Source of the DNA: Betaproteobacteria bacterium
GTDB lineage: Bacteria > Pseudomonadota > Gammaproteobacteria > Burkholderiales > JACQAP01
Assembly: GCA_039931685.1 (NCBI GenBank)
Contig: JBDTRK010000006.1
Location: 1 to 60,996, forward strand
Direction of reading: 5' to 3'
DNA: 60,996 nt
Shown here: in pieces, positions 11,175-20,860 of the stretch
How the letters are laid out: every line of letters begins with the position of its first letter
Position numbering within the stretch: position 1 is the first letter of the stretch
The notes under the pieces: generated by a model
What the model was told of the DNA's origin: nothing
The model's input: the letters and a program-made list of their open reading frames with translations, nothing else
The model's database searches: none
Made by a program: the position numbers and the translations under genes

Positions 11175-11777
11175 TTACCAGCCTCCGCTTTGCAGCCAGC
11201 GATCGACTTGATCCAGCCGGTCGAAGCCCCAGAACGGTTCGCCGTCGACGATGACATACGGCGAGCCGAATATGCCGCGGCCGATGGCCGCCTCGGTTTC
11301 GACCTTGAGTTTTTCTTTCATCGCCGGATCGCCGATGACATCGAGAATTTTCTGCCGATCGAGGCCGAGCCTGGCGGCGACGTCCGCGGTCGTGTCCGGA
11401 CTGGAAATGTCGCGATCCTCCACCATGTAAGCGCGGTAAAGCGCGAGCGTGGCTTCCTCCTGCCGCGCCGCGCCCTGCGATTCCAGCCAATAGACGACGC
11501 GGGAGGGCGACTGTGACGCGATCGGAAACTTTCCCGGCATCCTGAAGGGGATGTTGGCCAGCCGTGCCGACCGCTCCATGTCGCGACGGCTGTAGTCGCC
11601 TTTCAGCGGCACGCTGGGCAACGGCAACGCGCCGGTCACCTTGAAAACCACGCCCAGCAGGATTGGCTTCCACTCGACACTGCGGCCATGCTTCGCCGCG
11701 AGCACGGAAATTCGCGTCGCCGCCATGTAGCCGAAGGGCGAGGCAAAGTCGTAGTAAAACTGGATCGGGTTGGGCAT
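11175..11777 (-). CDS. 2-hydroxychromene-2-carboxylate isomerase / DsbA-kappa GST family
   Basis: IQFYYDFASPFGY, GIFGSPYVIVDGEPFWGFDRL; ATG 11777. Confidence 0.9.
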   Translation of the reverse strand: MPNPIQFYYDFASPFGYMAATRISVLAAKHGRSVEWKPILLGVVFKVTGALPLPSVPLKGDYSRRDMERSARLANIPFRMPGKFPIASQSPSRVVYWLESQGAARQEEATLALYRAYMVEDRDISSPDTTADVAARLGLDRQKILDVIGDPAMKEKLKVETEAAIGRGIFGSPYVIVDGEPFWGFDRLDQVDRWLQSGGW

Positions 11778-11788
11778 CGTCGCTCCGT

Positions 11789-12697
11789 CTAGCGGGGAGG
11801 AAAAGTCGTGTTGTTCAATTTCGCAACCGCCGGCACCAGCGAAGCCACCATATGCTCTGGTCCGCCGAATCCAAGATTCACCGCCTGGGTCAGGGTTTGC
11901 AACGTGGCGGAGGCCATCGCACCGGCCACGCCAAATTCCATGGCCATCTGGTTGTAGTAGCGCACATCCTTGAGCGCGTTGGCGAGTCCGAACTTCATGC
12001 CGGCAAAATTGCCCTCCACTGCCTGGCCCGCCATCATCTGGAAAATCCCGGAATTGGCCGCGCCGGTGGAGACCAGCGCAAAATATTTCTTCGGATCCAC
12101 GCCAAGCTTGGCGCAGGCGGTCAGCGCTTCGGCGATCAACGCCATCTGGCCGATCGCGGCGCAATTGTTGATGAGCTTGATCTTGTGGCCGGCGCCGACT
12201 TCGCCAACATGAAAAATATTCTCGCAGAACGCCTTCAGCACGGGCTCGATTTCCAGAAAAGTCGCCTGGTCTGCACCGACCATAGTGTTCAACCGGCCCT
12301 GCTCCGCTTCGACCGGTGTGCGCGCCAGTGGCGCATCCACCAGGCGCACGCCTTTCGCCTTCAGGTCGGCGAAGATCTTCAATGTGGAGCCGGGCTGGCT
12401 GGTTGAAGTGTCCACGACGATCTGGCCCGACGCGGCACTGTCGAGGATCCCGCCTTTGCGATAAACCAGGTCCTCGACCTGGGTTGATCCGGTTACGCAA
12501 AGAACGACGATCTCGCTGGCCTTGACCAGATCGGCAACGTCCTTTGCTTCGTGTGCGCCGCGCTGGATCAGGTCCTCGACCGGTGCGCGGTTTCTGTGAC
12601 CGAGCACACTGGTCGGAAATCCTTTCTCGACCAGATTCTTTGCCATGCCGTGGCCCATCAGGCCTACGCCGATGAAGCCAATTTTCTTATTCGCCAT
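11789..12697 (-). CDS. NAD(P)-dependent beta-hydroxyacid dehydrogenase (3-hydroxyisobutyrate dehydrogenase-like)
   Basis: IGFIGVGLMGHGMAKNL, VDAPLARTP, GAGHKIKLINN. Confidence 0.9.
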   Translation of the reverse strand: MANKKIGFIGVGLMGHGMAKNLVEKGFPTSVLGHRNRAPVEDLIQRGAHEAKDVADLVKASEIVVLCVTGSTQVEDLVYRKGGILDSAASGQIVVDTSTSQPGSTLKIFADLKAKGVRLVDAPLARTPVEAEQGRLNTMVGADQATFLEIEPVLKAFCENIFHVGEVGAGHKIKLINNCAAIGQMALIAEALTACAKLGVDPKKYFALVSTGAANSGIFQMMAGQAVEGNFAGMKFGLANALKDVRYYNQMAMEFGVAGAMASATLQTLTQAVNLGFGGPEHMVASLVPAVAKLNNTTFPPR

Positions 12698-12738
12698 TCC
12701 CGCCTCCCCAGTTCAGTCCACGCCCGGCACTGCGGCGT

Positions 12739-13923
12739 TCAGACAAGTTCCACCGCCATCGCGGTGGCTTCACCGCCACCGATGCACAGGCTCGCCACAC
12801 CGCGCTTCAGGCCATTTTTACGCAGCGCGCCGATCAGCGTCACCAGGATGCGCGCACCGGACGCGCCGATCGGATGGCCAAGCGCGCAGGCGCCGCCGTG
12901 CACATTCACTTTCTCGTGCGGCAGTTTGTGCTCGCGCATGGCCGCCATGGTCACCACGGCAAAAGCTTCATTGATCTCGTACAGGTCGACGTTGCCGGCA
13001 TTCCAGCCGGTCTTGTCGAACAGCTTGCGGATCGCGCCGACCGGCGCGGTGGTAAACAAGCTCGGCTCCTGCGCGTGCGTCGCGTGTCCGACAACCTTCG
13101 CCAGCGGCTTCAATCCAAGTTTGTCGGCCGTCGAACGCCGCATCATGACCATGGCCGCGGCGCCGTCAGAAATCGAACTGGAATTGGCCGCGGTTACGGT
13201 GCCGTCCTTGCGGAACGCGGGCTTGAGCAGCGGAATCTTGTCGAAATTGGCCTTGAATGGCTGTTCGTCGTGCTCGATGAAGCGTTCGTCCTTGCCAGCC
13301 TTGATCGCCATCGGCACGGTCTCCCATGCAAACGAACCGTCCTTGTTCGCCTTTTGTGCGCGCTCCAGGGAAGTGATGGCAAAGCGATCCTGCTCTTCGC
13401 GCGCAAACCCGTACTTCGAAGCGCAGTCCTCTGCAAAGGTGCCCATCAGCCTGCCTTTGTCGTAAGCATCTTCCAGCCCATCGAGAAACATATGGTCCAT
13501 GACTTGCTGGTGGCCCATGCGGTAGCCGGTGCGCGCCTTTGGCAGCAGGTAAGGGGCATTGCTCATGCTCTCCATGCCGCCCGCAACCATGATCTCGTTG
13601 CTGCCAGCCGCCAGCAGATCGTTGGCGAACATGGCCGCCTTCATGCCCGATCCGCACATCTTGTTGACCGTGGTGCAACCCGCCGCGAGCGGCAATCCGG
13701 CTCCGAGCGAGGCCTGCCGCGCCGGCGCCTGACCTTGTCCGGCCGCAAGCACGCAACCCATGATAACTTCCTCTACCTGCTCCGGCTTGATACCCGCACG
13801 CTCGATCGCCGCACGGATGGCGGCAGCACCAATTTGCGGCGCGGCAAAGTCTTTCAGTTCTCCCTGCAGGGCGCCCATCGGTGTGCGCGCTACGGAAACG
13901 ATAACGATCGGGTCGGTTGCCAT
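12739..13923 (-). CDS. Acetyl-CoA C-acyltransferase (thiolase)
   Basis: NKMCGSGM, EINEAFA, GHPIGASG, SLCIGGGE; GGAG RBS before ATG 13923. Confidence 0.96.
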   Translation of the reverse strand: MATDPIVIVSVARTPMGALQGELKDFAAPQIGAAAIRAAIERAGIKPEQVEEVIMGCVLAAGQGQAPARQASLGAGLPLAAGCTTVNKMCGSGMKAAMFANDLLAAGSNEIMVAGGMESMSNAPYLLPKARTGYRMGHQQVMDHMFLDGLEDAYDKGRLMGTFAEDCASKYGFAREEQDRFAITSLERAQKANKDGSFAWETVPMAIKAGKDERFIEHDEQPFKANFDKIPLLKPAFRKDGTVTAANSSSISDGAAAMVMMRRSTADKLGLKPLAKVVGHATHAQEPSLFTTAPVGAIRKLFDKTGWNAGNVDLYEINEAFAVVTMAAMREHKLPHEKVNVHGGACALGHPIGASGARILVTLIGALRKNGLKRGVASLCIGGGEATAMAVELV

Positions 13924-13944
13924 ATTGAGTCTCCTTGTCGCCAA

Positions 13945-15705
13945 TCAGGCGGCAGATGCGAAGCGGCGCCGGAAGCGCAGCGTCTCGGGATAGGGAAACA
14001 CGTCTTCGACATGGCCCGCAGCGATGCGGCGCTGGGTCGCCGTCCAGAAATCGGCATCGAGCAATTCCCGATGGCGCGAGAGGAAGGCTTCGCGCACGCG
14101 CGGATCCCCCAGCAGGAATGCCGCAAACTCCTCGGGGAAAATGTCGTCCGCCCCGACCGGATACCAGGGCTCGGCGGCCATCTCGTCCTCCGGAGTCCGC
14201 GGCTGCGGCATACGGCGAAAATTGCAGTCGGTCATGTAGGCAATTTCGTCGTAGTCGTAGAACACGACGCGGCCGAAACGGGTCACGCCGAAATTCTTGA
14301 ACAGCATGTCGCCCGGAAAGATATTGGCGGCCGCAAGCTGGCGGATGGCATCGCCGTATTCGCGCACGGCCTGCGCCAGCTGCTCGCCGCTGGCGCCGTC
14401 CACATACATGTTCAGCGGAATCATGCGCCGTTCGATGTAGAGGTGCTTTACGATCAGGGTATCGCCTTCCTCTTCGACCATCGACGGCGCCAGCCTGCCC
14501 AGCTCTGCGACCAGTTCCGGCGCAAACCGCTCTATCGGAAACGCCACATCGGTGTATTCAAGCGTATCGGCCATGCGCCCGACGCGGTCGTGGTACTTGA
14601 CCATCAGGTATTTGTCCTTGACCTGTTGTCGGGTGGTGTCCTTCGGCGGCGAGATGACGTCCTTGATAACCTTGAACACATAAGGATAGGAAGGCAGCGT
14701 GAATACCAGCATGACCAGGCCACGGATGCCGGGCGCTATCACGAAACGATCGTGCGAGTGTTTCAGGTGATGCAGGAAATCGCGGTAGAAAAGCGTTTTG
14801 CCGTGCTTCTGCAGTCCGAGAACCGTGTAGATTTCGGCAGCCGGCTTGTTAAGTAGCAGGCTTTTAAGAAACTCGACATATCCGGATGGCACTTCCATGT
14901 CGACCATGAAATAGGCGCGGCTGAATCCAAACAGGACTGCCAGGTGCTCCGCGTCTAGAAGGATGGTGTCCAGGTAAATGCTGCCATCGCCGTTACGCAG
15001 CACCGCGATGGAGAATGGCATTTCGGCATTGCCGTTGATGAGCTTGCCGATGAAGTAAGCGCCCTTGTTGCGGAAGAATGGCGACGACAGCACCTGGATC
15101 TGATTGTTGGCCTCCAGCCTGATCGGCCGGCCAAGGTGTGCGCGCACCGCCCGCAACAGCCAGCGGGTATCGCGGTTCAGATCGCGGAAGGGATTGCGCA
15201 AGCCAAAATCGCGCAGCACACGCGCGATAGTGGCGCGCAGTCCATCCCTGGCGGGGTAATAGCTTCGATAGGTGGGTGGATCCGAATCGATGTGCTCGGT
15301 CGACAGCGCCGGACGCACGAACAGAAAATCGTTATGAAAGTAATTGCGATGCAGGATGCGGCAGCTTACCGAATTGAAGAAGCTTTCCGCCAGCTCCGGC
15401 TGCTTGTGATTGGTCAGCAGTCCGATGTAATGCAGTTTGACCTGCTGCCAGATCGCGTCGGGAAGCTGATCGGTGTTGCAGCGCCGCTGCAGGTAGTCGA
15501 CGGTCTCGGTAATTCGGCGATCGTAGAATTGGATACGCTCGCGCGAAATGCGTTGGATTTCCGCCCACTGCCCGCCCTCGAACAGGGATTTGGCGTAGCG
15601 GCTGGTTTCCCGAAACAGGCGGTAGTGACGGTTAAATCCGTCGAGCAGACCCTGCGCGATGAGAAACGCGAGTTCTTGCTGCGTTTGCTGGATTGCAGCC
15701 ATCAT
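13945..15705 (-). CDS. aceK: Isocitrate dehydrogenase kinase/phosphatase
   Basis: ELAESFFNSV, APGIRGLVMLVFTLP, HDRVGRMADT, NIFPGDMLFKNFGVTR, VFYDYDEI. Confidence 0.97.
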   Translation of the reverse strand: MMAAIQQTQQELAFLIAQGLLDGFNRHYRLFRETSRYAKSLFEGGQWAEIQRISRERIQFYDRRITETVDYLQRRCNTDQLPDAIWQQVKLHYIGLLTNHKQPELAESFFNSVSCRILHRNYFHNDFLFVRPALSTEHIDSDPPTYRSYYPARDGLRATIARVLRDFGLRNPFRDLNRDTRWLLRAVRAHLGRPIRLEANNQIQVLSSPFFRNKGAYFIGKLINGNAEMPFSIAVLRNGDGSIYLDTILLDAEHLAVLFGFSRAYFMVDMEVPSGYVEFLKSLLLNKPAAEIYTVLGLQKHGKTLFYRDFLHHLKHSHDRFVIAPGIRGLVMLVFTLPSYPYVFKVIKDVISPPKDTTRQQVKDKYLMVKYHDRVGRMADTLEYTDVAFPIERFAPELVAELGRLAPSMVEEEGDTLIVKHLYIERRMIPLNMYVDGASGEQLAQAVREYGDAIRQLAAANIFPGDMLFKNFGVTRFGRVVFYDYDEIAYMTDCNFRRMPQPRTPEDEMAAEPWYPVGADDIFPEEFAAFLLGDPRVREAFLSRHRELLDADFWTATQRRIAAGHVEDVFPYPETLRFRRRFASAA

Positions 15706-15715
15706 GCGCGGCGCA

Positions 15716-16882
15716 TCACCGGGTTTCGTCGAACAGTTCGCGGCCGATCAGCATGCGCCGTATCTCGGATGTACCCGCGCCAATTTCGTAGAGCTTCGCA
15801 TCGCGCCATAAACGCCCGGTGGCATAGTCGTTGATGTAACCGTTTCCGCCGAGTGCCTGTATTGCCTCGCCCGCCATCCAGGTGGCTTTTTCCGCCGCAT
15901 AAAGAATGGCCCCGGCCGCATCCTTGCGCGTGGTATGACCGCGATCACAAGCCTTTGCCACGGCATATACATAGGCCTTGCAGGCACTCATGGTCGTGTA
16001 CATGTCGGCGACCTTGCCCTGCATCAACTGGAATTCGCCGATCGGCTGGCCGAACTGTTCGCGCTGGTGCAGATAGGGCATGACCACATCCATGCACGCT
16101 TGCATGATGCCAAGTGGTCCGCCGGCGAGCACGGCGCGCTCATAATCCAGGCCGCTCATCAGCACCTGTACGCCGCGATTCACCTCGCCAAGCACGTTTT
16201 CCACCGGCACCTCGCAATCACGAAATACCAATTCGCAGGTATTCGAGCCGCGCATGCCGAGCTTGTCGAGTTTCTGCGCAGTGGAAAAACCCTTGAAGCC
16301 TTTTTCGATCAGAAACGCGGTAATACCCTTGGCACCTGCAGGCACATCGGTCTTGGCGTACACCACGAGCACGTCCGCATCGGGGCCGTTGGTGATCCAC
16401 ATTTTGCTGCCGTTGAGCACATAGCGGTCATCGCGGCGCTCGGCGCGCAACTTCATGCTGACCACGTCGGACCCGGAATTCGGCTCGCTCATCGCCAGTG
16501 CGCCAACATGTTCACCGGAAATCAGCCGCGGCAGGTAATGCCCTTTCTGTGCCGCGCTGCCGTTGCGGTTGATCTGGTTCACGCAAAGATTGGAGTGTGC
16601 GCCGTATGACAGGCCAACCGCGGCCGAAGCACGCGACACCTCTTCCATCGCCACCACGTGGGCGAGGTAGCCCATGCCGGCGCCGCCGTATTCATCGGGG
16701 GCAGTAATGCCAAGCAGGCCCAAGTCCCCCAGCTTGCGCCACAGATCCATCGGGAACTCGTTGGACTGGTCCGTTTGCGCGGCGCGTGGGGCGATTTCAG
16801 CCGCGGCGAAATCGCGCACGCTTTCGCGCAGCATCTCGACGTCCTCGCCGAGATCGAAATCCAGAATGGGAATGGAAGCCAT
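15716..16882 (-). CDS. liuA: Isovaleryl-CoA dehydrogenase
   Basis: [47 protein letters not shown]; ATG 16882. Confidence 0.95.
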   Translation of the reverse strand: MASIPILDFDLGEDVEMLRESVRDFAAAEIAPRAAQTDQSNEFPMDLWRKLGDLGLLGITAPDEYGGAGMGYLAHVVAMEEVSRASAAVGLSYGAHSNLCVNQINRNGSAAQKGHYLPRLISGEHVGALAMSEPNSGSDVVSMKLRAERRDDRYVLNGSKMWITNGPDADVLVVYAKTDVPAGAKGITAFLIEKGFKGFSTAQKLDKLGMRGSNTCELVFRDCEVPVENVLGEVNRGVQVLMSGLDYERAVLAGGPLGIMQACMDVVMPYLHQREQFGQPIGEFQLMQGKVADMYTTMSACKAYVYAVAKACDRGHTTRKDAAGAILYAAEKATWMAGEAIQALGGNGYINDYATGRLWRDAKLYEIGAGTSEIRRMLIGRELFDETR

Positions 16883-16902
16883 CGCGGGGTGCTCCGGGCG
16901 GT

Positions 16903-17352
16903 TCAAAGATCGGGCCTTCCATGCATGGTCATCAGCGTTTGCAACAATGTGGCGCACAGGGTTTCGCGACCACCCTTGACTACGAAAACGTCGACCTGCG
17001 CAACCACCAGCGTGCGCCCGGACTTGAGCACATGCCCGCGCGCGATCAGCAGATCGCCATCGCCCGGCGCCAGCAGATTCAGCTTGTATTCGACGGTCAA
17101 CACGCTGGAATTCTCGGGCATCAGCGTAAATCCGGCGTAGCCGCCCGCCGAGTCTGCAATGGTACCGATGATGCCGCCGTGAAAATAGCCGTGCTGTTGG
17201 CTCAGCTCTGGCTTGTACGGCAGCTGAATTTCGCATTCGCCCGGCCCGAGCCACGCGACCCGCGCGCCAAGCAGCACCATGACCTGCTGGCGATCGAAGC
17301 TAGCCTGGACGCGCTGCGCATAAGCTGGATTTCTGGGCTCGAAGCCGGGCAT
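16903..17352 (-). CDS. PaaI-family thioesterase
   Basis: [33 protein letters not shown]; GGAGG RBS; first gene of the liu operon. Confidence 0.9.
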   Translation of the reverse strand: MPGFEPRNPAYAQRVQASFDRQQVMVLLGARVAWLGPGECEIQLPYKPELSQQHGYFHGGIIGTIADSAGGYAGFTLMPENSSVLTVEYKLNLLAPGDGDLLIARGHVLKSGRTLVVAQVDVFVVKGGRETLCATLLQTLMTMHGRPDL

Positions 17353-17375
17353 GAAACCTCCGTTTGCGACGACTC

Positions 17376-17403
17376 TAATTGACGTTTACGTTAACGTCAA
17401 TTA
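17376..17403. promoter_or_regulatory. LiuR operator upstream of the liu operon
   Basis: Near-perfect 28-bp palindrome TAATTGACGTTTACGTTAACGTCAATTA with three ACGT cores spaced 6 nt apart, matching the TT(G/T)ACGTnnACGT(C/A)AA LiuR box. Confidence 0.85.
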
Positions 17404-17538
17404 AATACGTCGTTTTCGCCCATAAAACTATTTTGTTTCAGTTAGTTAATACTATTGAACGACGGGTCGCATGACGCGGCGATCTGACCTCCCGACCAAG
17501 CGCGATTTATTGCGCAACAAATGATAATTATCAATCAT

Positions 17539-17961
17539 TTAATTTTTTCGTCCGGCCACTTTCGAGGCAGAAGAGGCGGACTTGCGAGCCGCATCGAGGA
17601 AATTGTGGCATTGCTCTTCGAACGCAGCAATTTCACCGAGCACGACTTCAATATCCTCGCGTTGTTGCTCGAGGATGTTACGACGCTTGCGCAGCACTTC
17701 CTGCAGGCGCTCGACCTGGGCGCGCTCATCCTTGGCCGCATCGTACATGTCGATCAGTTCGCGAATCTCGGACAGCGACAGCCCGAGCCGTTTTCCGCGC
17801 AAGGTCAGTTTCAATCGCACCTTGTCGCGATTGCCATACACCCGGTTGCGGCCGGCGCGGGACGGCGCAATCAGCCCATGGTCTTCATAGAATCGGATAG
17901 CGCGGGTGGTCAGGCCGAATTCTCGCGCAAGTTCTGTAATGGTGAATGTAGTATCGGCCAT
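17539..17961 (-). CDS. liuR: MerR-family regulator LiuR
   Basis: FTITELAREFGLTTRAIRFYED.GL..P.R...RVY...DKVRLKLTLRGKRLG; next to the liu operon. Confidence 0.9.
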   Translation of the reverse strand: MADTTFTITELAREFGLTTRAIRFYEDHGLIAPSRAGRNRVYGNRDKVRLKLTLRGKRLGLSLSEIRELIDMYDAAKDERAQVERLQEVLRKRRNILEQQREDIEVVLGEIAAFEEQCHNFLDAARKSASSASKVAGRKN

Positions 17962-17971
17962 GCCGGCGGCG

Positions 17972-17989
17972 GTTTACGTTAGCGTCAAG
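17972..17989. promoter_or_regulatory. Second LiuR box (liuR autoregulation / divergent MBL operon)
   Basis: GTTTACGTTAGCGTCAAG, a degenerate copy of the 17376 site, 10 nt upstream of the liuR ATG. Confidence 0.7.
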
Positions 17990-18036
17990 TAGAATCCCAC
18001 TATAGCGCGGCCTCTCCTCTTACTGGTACCCGTTCG

Positions 18037-19092
18037 ATGCAAACCTCCGTCTTGCCGGCGATCGTCGACGCAATGACCTTCCCTATTGCGGATGCACCCG
18101 CCGCAGGCACCGTGCGCGAGGTTGCGCCCGGCCTGTACTGGCTGCGCATGCCGCTGCCGTTTGCGCTCAATCACATCAATCTCTGGCTATTGCGCGATGA
18201 AAAGGGATGGACCGCGGTCGACTGCGGTATCGGCCTGGAGGAGACGCGTACGCATTGGGAAAAGATTTTCGCCGGATTCGTCGGCCACCCGGGACTAACA
18301 CGTGTGCTGGTGACGCATTTTCATCCCGATCATTTCGGCAATGCCGGCTGGCTGACCAGCCGATTCGACGCGCCCCTGTGGATGACCGAAACGGAATACC
18401 TGACTGCGCTCGCGCAATACGAGCAATTGCCCGGTTTTGGTGCCGACGCGACCGCCACGCTGTTTGCACAACACGGGCTGGACGACGAACGCGTTGCCGC
18501 CGTCGCCGGCCGCGGCAATTCATACCGCAAGATCGTCGGCGAACCGCCGCGCCGCTTCGTGCGCATGCTGGACGGCGACGAAATCGGCATTGGCGGCAAC
18601 AAATGGCGCGTCATCGTCGGCTACGGGCATGCGCCGGAGCATGCGGCCCTTTACTGCAGATCGCTCGGCGTGCTGATTTCCGGCGACATGCTGCTACCAA
18701 AGATCAGCACCAACATCAGCGTCTGGCCGAGCAAACCGGAAAGCGATCCGCTGAAACAATTCCTCTGGTCGATCGATCGCTTCGCCGAACTGCCCGCCGA
18801 CACGCTGGTCCTGCCCTCGCACGGACTTCCCTTTCGCGGCGCGCGCCTGCGCGTGCAGATGCTTCACGACCATCATCGCGACCGCCTGGCGGAAGTGCTT
18901 GATGCCTGCGCGAAACCACGTACCGCGACGGATCTGTTGCCGGTGCTGTTCCGGCGCGAACTGGACACACACCAGACCTTTTTCGCCATGGGCGAATCGA
19001 TCGCACACCTGAATAACCTCTGGCTGGCTGGCAAACTGTCGCGCTCATTTGGTTCCGACGGCGTGTACCGCTTTATCGTGCCGTCGAAATGA
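18037..19092 (+). CDS. MBL-fold metallo-hydrolase
   Basis: LPFALNHINLW, THFHPDHFG, GHAPEH, LPSHG (start could be 18073). Confidence 0.9.
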   Translation: MQTSVLPAIVDAMTFPIADAPAAGTVREVAPGLYWLRMPLPFALNHINLWLLRDEKGWTAVDCGIGLEETRTHWEKIFAGFVGHPGLTRVLVTHFHPDHFGNAGWLTSRFDAPLWMTETEYLTALAQYEQLPGFGADATATLFAQHGLDDERVAAVAGRGNSYRKIVGEPPRRFVRMLDGDEIGIGGNKWRVIVGYGHAPEHAALYCRSLGVLISGDMLLPKISTNISVWPSKPESDPLKQFLWSIDRFAELPADTLVLPSHGLPFRGARLRVQMLHDHHRDRLAEVLDACAKPRTATDLLPVLFRRELDTHQTFFAMGESIAHLNNLWLAGKLSRSFGSDGVYRFIVPSK

Positions 19093-20174
19093 AAGTCGCC
19101 GGGGTCCCGTACCGCAGCGTCTGGCGCGAAGCCGACCGCGTTGCGATCATCGATCAGACCCGCCTGCCCTTCGAATTTCAGACGTTGCGGCTATCCACCT
19201 GCGACGACGCGGCGCATGCGATTCGCTCCATGCAGGTGCGCGGCGCGCCGCTGATCGGCGCAACCGCGGCCTACGGCATTGCGCTGGCGATGGCTGCGAA
19301 CGTGTCCGACGCCAGCCTGAGCATTGCCGCGGACTTGCTCAGCGCCACGCGACCGACGGCGGTGAACTTGCGTTGGGCCATTGATCGCGCGGTGCGGCGA
19401 CTGCAGCCGCTCGCGCCGGCGGATCGTGTGCAGGCGGCATGGGCGGAAGCGGAAAGCATCGCTGCGGAGGACATTGCGTTCAATCGTGCCATCGGTCACC
19501 ACGGACTGACGCTGTTACAGGCCATTGCGCACGGCAAGGGCGTGGTCAATGTGCTCACGCATTGCAATGCCGGCTGGCTGGCCACCGTGGATGGCGGCAC
19601 GGCCCTGGCGCCGGTTTATCTGGCGCACGACGCCGGCATTGCGGTGCATGTATGGGTAGACGAAACCCGGCCGCGCAACCAGGGTCTGCTCACCGCCTGG
19701 GAGCTTTCACAACATGGTGTGCCAAACACGCTTATCGCCGACAATGCCGGCGGCCATCTGATGCAGCGCGGGCAGGTGGATCTGGTAATCGTGGGCGCGG
19801 ATCGTGTCACCGCCACCGGGGACGTCTGCAACAAAATCGGCACTTACCTTAAGGCGCTCGCAGCAAAAGATTGCGGAGTGCCGTTTTATGCGGCCGTGCC
19901 TTCGCCAACGATCGACTGGGACATCATCGATGGATTGCGGGATATTCCAATCGAGGAACGCAGCGCCGCGGAAATACTGACCATGCGGGTACGCGATTCC
20001 GGCCAACGCATCGACCACGCGCAAATCGCGCCCGAAGGCACGCATACCGCAAATCCGGCCTTCGACGTCACGCCTGCCCGGCTAGTCACGGCGATCATTA
20101 CTGATCGTGGTATCGCGCCGGCGAGCGCGGCGGGCCTCCTCGGCTTGTATGGCAAGGAGGTCGCGTCGGTATGA
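19089..20174 (+). CDS. mtnA: S-methyl-5-thioribose-1-phosphate isomerase
   Basis: IIDQTRLP, MQVRGAPLIG, TRPTAVNL, LTHCNAGWLA, DETRPRNQG, NKIGTY, NPAFDVTP. Confidence 0.96.
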   Translation: MKVAGVPYRSVWREADRVAIIDQTRLPFEFQTLRLSTCDDAAHAIRSMQVRGAPLIGATAAYGIALAMAANVSDASLSIAADLLSATRPTAVNLRWAIDRAVRRLQPLAPADRVQAAWAEAESIAAEDIAFNRAIGHHGLTLLQAIAHGKGVVNVLTHCNAGWLATVDGGTALAPVYLAHDAGIAVHVWVDETRPRNQGLLTAWELSQHGVPNTLIADNAGGHLMQRGQVDLVIVGADRVTATGDVCNKIGTYLKALAAKDCGVPFYAAVPSPTIDWDIIDGLRDIPIEERSAAEILTMRVRDSGQRIDHAQIAPEGTHTANPAFDVTPARLVTAIITDRGIAPASAAGLLGLYGKEVASV

Positions 20175-20812
20175 CCGAGTTGCAACTCAGAAAGCAGATC
20201 ATCGGCACGGCGCTGAGCATGAATGCGCTGGGCATCAATCGCGGCAAATCCGGCAATGTTAGCGCCCGTTGGAAAGACGGCTTTCTAATCACGCCTTCGG
20301 CATTGCCTTACGACGAAACCAGGCCGGCGGACATCGTCTTCATCGACAAGCAAGCCAAGGCCAGAGGCCGGTGCCCGCCTTCTACCGAGTGGCGTTTTCA
20401 CTTTGACATCTATCGCAGTAAGCACGACGTTCACGCGGTGGTACACACACACTCGAGCTTTGCCACCACGCTCGCGTGTCTGGGCATGGGTGTGCCCGCC
20501 TTTCACTATATGGTTGCTGTCGCCGGCGGCAACGACATCCGCTGCGCGCCTTATGCGACCTTCGGCACGCAGGCGTTGTCCGACCATGCCATGCAGGCCA
20601 TGCGCGAGCGCCGCGCCTGCTTGCTCGCCAACCACGGAATGATCGCAACCGGTGCGGACTTGAAGGGTACGCTGGCCCTGGCGGTTGAGGTCGAAGCCCT
20701 GTGCGAGCAATACTGGCGCGCCCTGCAGATCGGCAAACCCGCGCTTCTATCCGATGAAGAGATGTCCACCGTGGTAGAAAAGTTCAGGAATTACCGAGTG
20801 CGGACGCGCTAA
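20171..20812 (+). CDS. Class II aldolase/adducin family (FucA-like; probable methylthio/deoxy-ribulose-1-P aldolase)
   Basis: SGNVSAR, FLITPS, PSTEWRFH, HTHS, LLANHG; ATGA-coupled to mtnA. Confidence 0.85.
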   Translation: MTELQLRKQIIGTALSMNALGINRGKSGNVSARWKDGFLITPSALPYDETRPADIVFIDKQAKARGRCPPSTEWRFHFDIYRSKHDVHAVVHTHSSFATTLACLGMGVPAFHYMVAVAGGNDIRCAPYATFGTQALSDHAMQAMRERRACLLANHGMIATGADLKGTLALAVEVEALCEQYWRALQIGKPALLSDEEMSTVVEKFRNYRVRTR

Positions 20813-20860
20813 TTTCCAGTCGGACTTGCACTGCCGGCCACTTCGCCCTAGCTTAGTCAC

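Noticed and set aside
12874-14856. 660-aa plus-strand ORF, and similar long antisense ORFs at 31713-33629, 39254-41272, 37329-38582, 51798-53078
   Set aside because: Shadow ORFs opposite well-supported genes in GC-rich DNA; no recognisable motifs.
20171-20812. Calling the aldolase mtnB or fucA
   Set aside because: Motifs are aldolase-like rather than MtnB-like, and there are no fucose genes; left as class II aldolase.
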